64,000 nucleotides of DNA, taken from assembly GCA_903907925.1 (NCBI GenBank), contig CAIVQB010000133.1:8041-72040 (forward strand), written 5' to 3'. How positions within the stretch are numbered: the first letter of the stretch is position 1; every line of letters starts with the position of its first letter. The notes under the pieces were generated by a model. The model saw nothing but the letters and a program-made list of their open reading frames with translations, searched no databases and had not been told where the DNA came from. Origin of the DNA: an uncultured Verrucomicrobiota bacterium (GTDB lineage: Bacteria; Verrucomicrobiota; Verrucomicrobiia; Limisphaerales; UBA9464). Positions 57,410 through 64,000 of the stretch are shown here, one piece after another. The position numbers were made by a program, and so were the translations under genes.

Positions 57410-58558
57410 ATGAACACGCCATTTAACGCCTATATCGGACATCTTTCGTCGTGGATGAACCGATGGCTCGCCCCGTCGGGAGCTCGCAGCGGCGCCGCCG
57501 GACTTGAATCCGAATTCAATCGGCTGGCGCTCGAATTGTTCAACCTCCAGTGCGTTCACAATCCGGTCTATCGCGATTTATGCCGCGCCCGTGGTGTCTC
57601 GCCGGGCAGCCTTGACTCCTGGCGAGACCTCCCCGCCGTGCCCGCCGCCGCCTTCAAGGAATTGCCGGTCACCTGCCTGGCGGCGAACGAGGTGACCACC
57701 ACCTTCTGTTCCAGCGGCACCACCGGCCAATCACCGAGCCGTCATTTCCATTCCCCATTTTCGTTGATGGCTTACGAAGCCTCGTTCCTGCCGTGGTTCC
57801 GCCGCCAGGCACTTGAGAACTGGAATAACTCCACGGAATCGATCATTTCAGACGCCTCGAAACCCCTTCAGTGGATCTCCCTGATTCCCGCTCGCGCGGC
57901 GGCTCCTTCATCGTCGTTGGCGTACATGATCTCCACCCTTTTGGAGCGGTTCGGGGGGGAGTCATCTTCGACCTGCGGATCGATAGGTGGAGGTGGGGAA
58001 TGGGAGGTGGATGCCCGACGTCTGATCGACGCGTTGGATCAGGCGATGGTCTCCGACCGGCCCGTGATGATTCTGGGAACCGCTTTCAATCTGGTTCACC
58101 TGTTCGATCGGCTGACGGAAGCCGGACGCCGGTTTCAGTTGCCGGCCGGTTCCCGGGTGATGGAGACCGGAGGATACAAGGGCCGGTCCCGGACGCTGAT
58201 CCCGGCGGAATTGGCGGACGGAATCCGGTCGCTGCTCGGGATTCCTTTCGACGGCATCCTGACCGAGTACGGCATGAGCGAATTGAGTTCGCAGGCGTAC
58301 GCGCGATGGCCCCACCCGGCCGGCCCCGGGGAACTGGCGTTTCCGGGCTGGGCTCGTCCGCTGGTGATTTCACCGGAAACGGGCGTCGAGGCGGCGGAGG
58401 GCGAAACCGGGCTGCTCCGCATCGTGGATCTGGCGAATGTCGCCTCGGTCTTATGCCTGCAGACCGAGGACCTGGTTGTCAGGCGAAAGAGTGGGTTCCA
58501 ACTTTTGGGTCGCCGACCTGCGGCCGAGGCCCGAGGCTGCTCGCTGACGTCCGCTTGA
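57410..58558 (+). CDS. LuxE-like acyl-protein synthetase
   Basis: P.VP..AFK, SSGTTG..SRH, METGGYKGR, EYGMSELSSQAY, TEDL, C-terminal RGCS (acyl-accepting Cys). Confidence 0.88.
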   Translation: MNTPFNAYIGHLSSWMNRWLAPSGARSGAAGLESEFNRLALELFNLQCVHNPVYRDLCRARGVSPGSLDSWRDLPAVPAAAFKELPVTCLAANEVTTTFCSSGTTGQSPSRHFHSPFSLMAYEASFLPWFRRQALENWNNSTESIISDASKPLQWISLIPARAAAPSSSLAYMISTLLERFGGESSSTCGSIGGGGEWEVDARRLIDALDQAMVSDRPVMILGTAFNLVHLFDRLTEAGRRFQLPAGSRVMETGGYKGRSRTLIPAELADGIRSLLGIPFDGILTEYGMSELSSQAYARWPHPAGPGELAFPGWARPLVISPETGVEAAEGETGLLRIVDLANVASVLCLQTEDLVVRRKSGFQLLGRRPAAEARGCSLTSA

Positions 58559-59817
58559 AACCGGCACCGCACAATGTTCGAACCCTGTGGTTGGTGGGCA
58601 TTCTCCATGCCTTCACCCATGTGTATCATGTCGCTCTGCTGCCGCTGTATCTGCAGATCCGCGCCGACTTCCAACTCGCCTCCACCGAGAAGGCCACGGG
58701 GCTGCTGACGGTGATGATGATGGCCTACTACCTGCCGAGCTACCCGGTGGGAATGTTGGCGGATCGCCTGAGCCGAAAGGCGCTTCTGGGGTGGGGATTG
58801 TTTTTGAACGCGGCGGGATTCGTGGGACTGGGACTGTCGCCGAGCTACGGGTGGGCGGTGGCGTCGCTCGTGATCGCCGGGTTGGGAGGGAGTTGTTTTC
58901 ATCCTGCCGCCACGGCGTTGGTGGCCCGGATGAATCCGACCGGAACCGGCCGTGCGCTGGGATTGGTCGCCATTGGGGCCAGCATCGGATTCTTGTTCGG
59001 CCCATTTTTCTCCGGTGCCGTTGCGGAAATCTCGGGAAGCTGGCGGACTCCGATTCTGATTCTGGGCGCGGCGGGTGTCGTGGTCAGCGGCGTGTTCGCC
59101 CTTCTCGCGCGTGAGACTGCTTCGGTCACCACTTCGATCCAGCGGGCCATGCCCTTGTTTCCGCGGCGATCGTTCGCCTGGGTGTTTGCCGCGATGGCCT
59201 TTTTTTTCTGCTGTCGCGATTTCGCCGGCAACAGTCTCGGAACCCTGGGTGCGCTCTTTCTTCAGAACGCCCATGGAATGTCGCCGCGTCAGGCGGGACT
59301 GGCCCTGAGCTGTATCTTCGTCGCGTCGGCGATCAGTAATCCGTTGTTTGGGCACTGGAGCGACGGTCGACGGTTGCCGTGGCTGATCGGTCTGGTCTCG
59401 GTGTCGGCGTGCCTCTTCGGCCTGCTTCCGTGGTTGCCGGCCGGCGGGATTCCGTGGGCATTTCTACTCTACGGCGGATTCTTTGTGGCGTCCTACCCAG
59501 TTGTCGAAGCCGAGCTGATGCAGTGCGTTCCGGATGCGGTGCGCGGGCGCTTTTTTGGACTTTTCATCACCGTCGGCGGCATTGGGGGCAACCTGTCCCA
59601 TTGGGTCGCCGGCGCATGGGTCGATCACCTGGGCGCGCGTTCCCACACGGTCACCGCCTATCGTCCGTTGTTCGGCGCGCTGGGAGCGTTGATGGCGTTC
59701 TCCCTACTGGGGCTGCCGGCGCTGGCGTGGTTCAGACGACATCGGGGTGAGTACCCTAAGACTACCGGAGAATCTCGCGTCGAACCGCGGGCAATGGCCG
59801 CCGAATCACCGGCCTGA
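58555..59817 (+). CDS. MFS transporter (FSR-like)
   Basis: GMLADRLSRK, GGSCFHP, 12 TM helices; TTG start overlaps the luxE-like stop (TTGA). Confidence 0.88.
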   Translation: MKPAPHNVRTLWLVGILHAFTHVYHVALLPLYLQIRADFQLASTEKATGLLTVMMMAYYLPSYPVGMLADRLSRKALLGWGLFLNAAGFVGLGLSPSYGWAVASLVIAGLGGSCFHPAATALVARMNPTGTGRALGLVAIGASIGFLFGPFFSGAVAEISGSWRTPILILGAAGVVVSGVFALLARETASVTTSIQRAMPLFPRRSFAWVFAAMAFFFCCRDFAGNSLGTLGALFLQNAHGMSPRQAGLALSCIFVASAISNPLFGHWSDGRRLPWLIGLVSVSACLFGLLPWLPAGGIPWAFLLYGGFFVASYPVVEAELMQCVPDAVRGRFFGLFITVGGIGGNLSHWVAGAWVDHLGARSHTVTAYRPLFGALGALMAFSLLGLPALAWFRRHRGEYPKTTGESRVEPRAMAAESPA

Positions 59818-59831
59818 GTCCCGCTTCACCC

Positions 59832-61253
59832 ATGCATTTTCCCGAACTCTTCCTTGCCGACCGGCCACCCGGTGCGCCGACCACGCCAGCGTTCATCCGG
59901 GAGGCCTGCATTGCCATCAAACGCAATCGGGTTCACTGGCTGGCGCATCGGAAGACGCAGGAATTGATCGAGCTAATCGCGTTCGCCGCGGAACGTTGGC
60001 GCGAACCTGGCAACCGATACCGGCATCGCGCGCTGGATTTGGGCCCGACGGAAACCGGTTTCGGCCGAACCACTCTGGAAGCGGGATTGGATGCCTTTTT
60101 CGCCGGCCTCACAGTGGAGGCGCTGACCAGTTGGGTGACGCAGGATCTCGGAGAAATCCGTCGCCTCGATGAATTCTGCGCGCCGATGGGGGAAATGCGC
60201 CACGGCCGTCTGGCGCTGGCCCGGGGGCCGGAACTGGTGGTTCATATTGCCGCCGGCACGCTTCCCAATCCGACGCTTCTTTCGATGGTTGCGTCGCTGC
60301 TGGTGAAATCAGCGCAACTGGTGAAATGCAGCAGCAGAAGCTCGTTGCTCCCTCGGTTGTTCGCCCATTCGCTGGCCGAGTTGGAGCCCAAGGTCGGCGG
60401 TTGCCTGGAAGTGGCGGACTGGCCGGGCGGTTCGAATGACTTGGAAGCGGCTGCGTTCGCCGAGGCCGAATGCGTGACCGTTCATGGCTCGGATGAAACG
60501 GTGAAATCGGTTCGGTCGCGTCTGCCGGGATCGGTTCGGCTCCTGGCCTACGGTCATCAACTGAGTTTTGGTGTCGTCGGCGCGGAGATGTTGTCGTCGT
60601 ACAGCGCGCGAAAGGCTGCGGAAAAAGCGGCGCACGATGTCACGGCGTGGAATCAATTGGGCTGCCTGTCGCCCCATGTGTTTTACGTGGAGGATTCGGG
60701 CGCGGTGTCGCCAGAGGCCTTCGGAGAACTGCTGGCGGAGGCGCTCGCCGCCGGCGAGGCGAAGGATCCGCGCGGTCCGTTGCCGCCGGAGTCGGCGGCC
60801 CAGATTGCCGGTTCCCGGTCCCTTTATGAAGTGCGTGAGGCGCGTTCGCGGGTGGCTCATGAAGAGGCGGTGACGGCACCGCGCGGCGTCTTCTTTCCCG
60901 CGCCCGATCACGTGACCCGGGTGTGGAGCAGTCCCGGGTCCACCGCCTGGACGGTGGTCTATGAAGCGGATCCCCATTTTCGAATCTCGTGTCTGAACCG
61001 GTTTGTCTACGTCAAGTCCTGCCGCAATCTGAAGGACGCGCTGCATCACGCGGATTCCGTGCGCGGGCGGGTCAGCACGGTGGGATTGGCCATGACCGAA
61101 GGCCGGTCAGCGGAGGCGGCACCCCATCTCGCCGCCTGGGGCGTGACCCGGATTTGTCCGATCGGCCGGATGCAGACGCCGCCACCGGCCTGGCGGCATG
61201 ATGGACGTCCCGCCTTGGGCGATCTCGTTCGGTGGACTGATTTGGAAACCTGA
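59832..61253 (+). CDS. LuxC-like acyl-CoA/acyl-protein reductase
   Basis: [37 protein letters not shown] (catalytic Cys), [13 protein letters not shown]...W.HDG. Confidence 0.9.
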   Translation: MHFPELFLADRPPGAPTTPAFIREACIAIKRNRVHWLAHRKTQELIELIAFAAERWREPGNRYRHRALDLGPTETGFGRTTLEAGLDAFFAGLTVEALTSWVTQDLGEIRRLDEFCAPMGEMRHGRLALARGPELVVHIAAGTLPNPTLLSMVASLLVKSAQLVKCSSRSSLLPRLFAHSLAELEPKVGGCLEVADWPGGSNDLEAAAFAEAECVTVHGSDETVKSVRSRLPGSVRLLAYGHQLSFGVVGAEMLSSYSARKAAEKAAHDVTAWNQLGCLSPHVFYVEDSGAVSPEAFGELLAEALAAGEAKDPRGPLPPESAAQIAGSRSLYEVREARSRVAHEEAVTAPRGVFFPAPDHVTRVWSSPGSTAWTVVYEADPHFRISCLNRFVYVKSCRNLKDALHHADSVRGRVSTVGLAMTEGRSAEAAPHLAAWGVTRICPIGRMQTPPPAWRHDGRPALGDLVRWTDLET

Positions 61254-61261
61254 TATTTCCC

Positions 61262-61630
61262 ATGGAACTGAGAAAAACGTTTCACATCGAAGCCGCCCAC
61301 AGCCTTCCGAAGGTGCCGGCGGGACACAAATGCGCCCGCCTTCACGGCCACAGCTTTCAAGTGGAGGTGGTGCTCGAGGGGCCAGTGGATGCCGAGTTGG
61401 GCTGGGTGATGGACTACGCGGACATTAAGGCGGCGTTCCGGCCCATTTACGACGTCCTCGATCACAATCATCTCAATGTGATCCCGGGCTTGGAGAATCC
61501 CACCAGTGAGAATCTCGCCCGTTGGATCTGGGATCGTCTGCAGCCGTCCCTGCCGCTGCTCCGGGAAATCCACGTCGCGGAAACCTGCACCTCCCGGTGT
61601 ATTTACCGTGGTCCGGGCGGTGAATTGTAG
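61262..61630 (+). CDS. queD: 6-carboxy-5,6,7,8-tetrahydropterin synthase
   Basis: [25 protein letters not shown]. Confidence 0.96.
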   Translation: MELRKTFHIEAAHSLPKVPAGHKCARLHGHSFQVEVVLEGPVDAELGWVMDYADIKAAFRPIYDVLDHNHLNVIPGLENPTSENLARWIWDRLQPSLPLLREIHVAETCTSRCIYRGPGGEL

Positions 61631-61682
61631 TTGAGCCTCCGGTCCGCCTTGCCACCGGCGGGTGGGCGGTCACCCTTCCGCC

Positions 61683-62693
61683 ATGAAGTCCATGCCACGA
61701 CGTCGATTCCTGTCCGGTGCGGCCACGGCCCTGGTCGGCGGTCGGCTGATTCAGCGGGCCTCCGGTGCTCCGATGTTGCCGCTGGCCGAATTGTCCGCCG
61801 CGGCTCCGTTGATCGTCTCCACCTGGCCCTTCGGAAAACCGGCGAATGAAAAGGCACTCGCGACGCTTCAGGCGAAGGGTTCCGGGTTGGATGCCATTGA
61901 GTCGGGTATCCGGGTGACCGAATCGGATCCGTCGAACGCCAGCGTCGGTCTGGCCGGAATTCCCAACGCCGCGGGCGTGGTTCAACTCGACTCCTGCATC
62001 ATGAGCGGTCCGGGGCACCGCGCCGGGAGCGTGGGTGCGATCAGCGGGTTTCGTCATCCGATCTCGATCGCCCGGGCGGTGATGGAAAAGACCAAACACG
62101 TGATGCTGGTCGGCGAAGGTGCGGCTGAGTTCGCGGCGAAGAACGGATTCGAGACTGGTCCCAAGGTGTCGGAGGGTCAGCGGGTGGCGTGGGAGAAGTG
62201 GAAGGAGGAGCAGCGTCGCACGGAAAAGAATCACGACACCATTGCCATGATTCTGCTGAACGAATCGGGCGACCTCTTCGGCGGATGCTCGACCAGTGGC
62301 TGGGGCTACAAGCTGCCGGGACGGCTGGGCGATTCTCCCATCATCGGTGGCGGGTTGTATGTCGACAACGAGATTGGCGCGGCCGGAGCCACCGGACTGG
62401 GGGAAAATGTGATGCGCTATTGCGGGACCTTCCTGGTGGTGGAGTTCATGCGCCAGGGGCTTCATCCGCAGGACGCCTGCCTGGAAACGATCCGCCGGAT
62501 CGCACGTCTCGATCCGAAGGGATTCGACCTCTCGATCAACTTCATCGCCATCGACCGCCGCGGCCGGTTCGGTGGTGCCGGGACCGGGAGCGGGTTCGAG
62601 TATTCGGTGACCTGTCCCGCCTTCAGCCGGGTGATCCAGAGTCCGGGCCTGACGAGCAAGGACATCGGCCCGGTCGGTGGGAATCGGAAGTAA
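61683..62693 (+). CDS. Tat-exported N4-(beta-N-acetylglucosaminyl)-L-asparaginase (Ntn hydrolase)
   Basis: RRRFL Tat motif; STW, QLDSCIM, HDT autocleavage site, KLPGRLGDSPIIG. Confidence 0.92.
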   Translation: MKSMPRRRFLSGAATALVGGRLIQRASGAPMLPLAELSAAAPLIVSTWPFGKPANEKALATLQAKGSGLDAIESGIRVTESDPSNASVGLAGIPNAAGVVQLDSCIMSGPGHRAGSVGAISGFRHPISIARAVMEKTKHVMLVGEGAAEFAAKNGFETGPKVSEGQRVAWEKWKEEQRRTEKNHDTIAMILLNESGDLFGGCSTSGWGYKLPGRLGDSPIIGGGLYVDNEIGAAGATGLGENVMRYCGTFLVVEFMRQGLHPQDACLETIRRIARLDPKGFDLSINFIAIDRRGRFGGAGTGSGFEYSVTCPAFSRVIQSPGLTSKDIGPVGGNRK

Positions 62694-62741
62694 GCGGCAC
62701 GTTTTGGTGTCCTCGCGGTTCGGTGCCACCTTCCGCCGAAC

Positions 62742-64000
62742 ATGCAGACCGTCATCCACTGGTTTCGTCGGGATCTTCGGATTTCCGACAACGCGGCTCT
62801 GCACGAGGCGGAATCGCGCGGGCAGCGGTTAGTGCCGGTGTTCATCTGGGATGACGCCGTTATCGACGCGCCCGACCAGGGCGCCGCACGGCTCGCATTG
62901 GGGCTGAAGGCGCTCGAATCGCTCCGGGATAATCTGGCGGTCTTGGGACACACGCTGATCGTCCGGCACGGTGCTCCGCACGAAGTCTTGCCGCGCCTGG
63001 CTCGAGAGGTGGATGCCGCCGCCGTTTTTGCGAATCGCGAGTACGAGCCTGCCTGGGTGGCGTGCGATCGCAAGGTGGCGACGGCGTTGTATTCCGCCGG
63101 GATCCATTTCGAATTGATCAAGGACCGGGTGATTTGGGAATCGCGTGAGCTGCTCAATCAACAAGGACAGCCTTATACGGTCTTCACGCCGTATGCCAAA
63201 GCCTGGCGGTCGCGCCCGATTTCAGCGCCATTCCCCCGATTGGGCCATGCGACGGTGGCCGCCCCGGAAAGGATCCATAGCCTTCCTCTGCCCAAAGATT
63301 CCCGGGATCTCGGGCATCCCTGTTCGCACGGGTTGCCGCCGTTTGGGGAACACGCCGCGCATGAGACCTTGAAACGTTTCCTGCGCGGGCCGGTGTATAG
63401 CTACGACCGGTCGCGCGACTTCCCCGCCGAGGAAATGGGAACCTCGCACCTGTCGCCGCACCTCGTCTGGGGTACGGTGGGAATCCGCACCGTGTTCTCC
63501 AAGCTCTCCACCGCCCGTGAGGAGGCCCCGCCGGGTGGTGATCGCGGCTGTTCGGTGTGGGAGACGGAGTTGATCTGGCGCGAGTTCTACACCCAGATTC
63601 TTTCCAATTTTCCGCATGTCGCCGCGGGGAGCTTTCGTCCGGAGTACGATGCCCTCGCGTGGGAGGGAACCGACGCGCAGTTTCAGACATGGCGCGACGG
63701 GCGGACGGGATTTCCGATCGTGGATGCCGCGATGCGGTGCCTGAACGCCACCGGCCGGATGCACAACCGGCTTCGGATGATCGTTGCGATGTTCCTGACC
63801 AAGGATCTGCTGATATCCTGGCAGCGCGGAGAGCGCTATTTCATGCAACGCCTGTTGGATGGCGATCTCGCCGCGAACAACGGAGGTTGGCAATGGAGCG
63901 CCGGTTGCGGTACCGACGCCGCACCGTATTTTCGGATCTTCAATCCCACCACCCAGGGGATGAAGTTTGATCCCGAAGGACGATTTGTTCGTGAGTGGAT
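62742..64000 (+). CDS. phrB: Deoxyribodipyrimidine photolyase (class I), truncated by the window end
   Basis: Not in the ORF track (no stop): MQTVIHWFRRDLRISDN..., TS.LSPHL, ELIWREFY, TGFPIVDAAMR, MHNRLRM, NNGGWQW, PYFRIFNP; the start and the TGFPIVDA motif were checked to share a frame. Confidence 0.95.
   Translation, partial: MQTVIHWFRRDLRISDNAALHEAESRGQRLVPVFIWDDAVIDAPDQGAARLALGLKALESLRDNLAVLGHTLIVRHGAPHEVLPRLAREVDAAAVFANREYEPAWVACDRKVATALYSAGIHFELIKDRVIWESRELLNQQGQPYTVFTPYAKAWRSRPISAPFPRLGHATVAAPERIHSLPLPKDSRDLGHPCSHGLPPFGEHAAHETLKRFLRGPVYSYDRSRDFPAEEMGTSHLSPHLVWGTVGIRTVFSKLSTAREEAPPGGDRGCSVWETELIWREFYTQILSNFPHVAAGSFRPEYDALAWEGTDAQFQTWRDGRTGFPIVDAAMRCLNATGRMHNRLRMIVAMFLTKDLLISWQRGERYFMQRLLDGDLAANNGGWQWSAGCGTDAAPYFRIFNPTTQGMKFDPEGRFVREW

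Noticed and set aside
1531-59355. Many long antisense or alternate-frame ORFs (e.g. 3233-5341, 9484-11013, 11178-12665, 29417-30961, 42337-43821)
   Set aside because: Shadow ORFs expected in high-GC DNA; they overlap genes with clear motifs and have none of their own.
57410-61253. Bioluminescence operon
   Set aside because: No luxA/luxB luciferase, luxD or luxG in the window.

Overview
GC-rich bacterial chromosomal segment, most likely Verrucomicrobiota (PVC superphylum). This rests on a PVC-type heme-CxxCH/HEAT dehydrogenase-like protein, a long-form IspG, a PQQ-type beta-propeller and an Ig-domain protein ending in RFFRV. It is mostly housekeeping genes: ispG, rseP, rlmI, rsmA, queE/queD, accBC, aroQ, metF, bioA/bioF, hpf, a photolyase truncated at the right edge, tRNA-Leu(GAG) and tRNA-Pro(CGG). 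Less explained modules are: (i) a luxE-MFS-luxC fatty-acid-reductase-like unit without luciferase or luxD, running into queD-glycosylasparaginase-photolyase and divergent from an hpf-amidohydrolase-SDR-bioF-bioA operon; (ii) an ABC system with one ATPase, one large membrane-anchored accessory protein and four tandem, internally duplicated permease paralogues, divergent from an ECF sigma/anti-sigma/Spy-like triad; (iii) a porin, blue-copper protein, hybrid kinase and response regulator module; (iv) two back-to-back vapBC/fitAB loci, each with a perfect 8-1-8 operator; (v) a lower-GC two-gene islet at the tRNA-Leu 3' end; (vi) an uncalled 55-aa ORF; (vii) several families of REP/REPIN-like intergenic repeats. 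No CRISPR array, transposase or integrase was found. Start codons were re-assigned by eye and are approximate, and all functional calls come from motif recognition without database searches.
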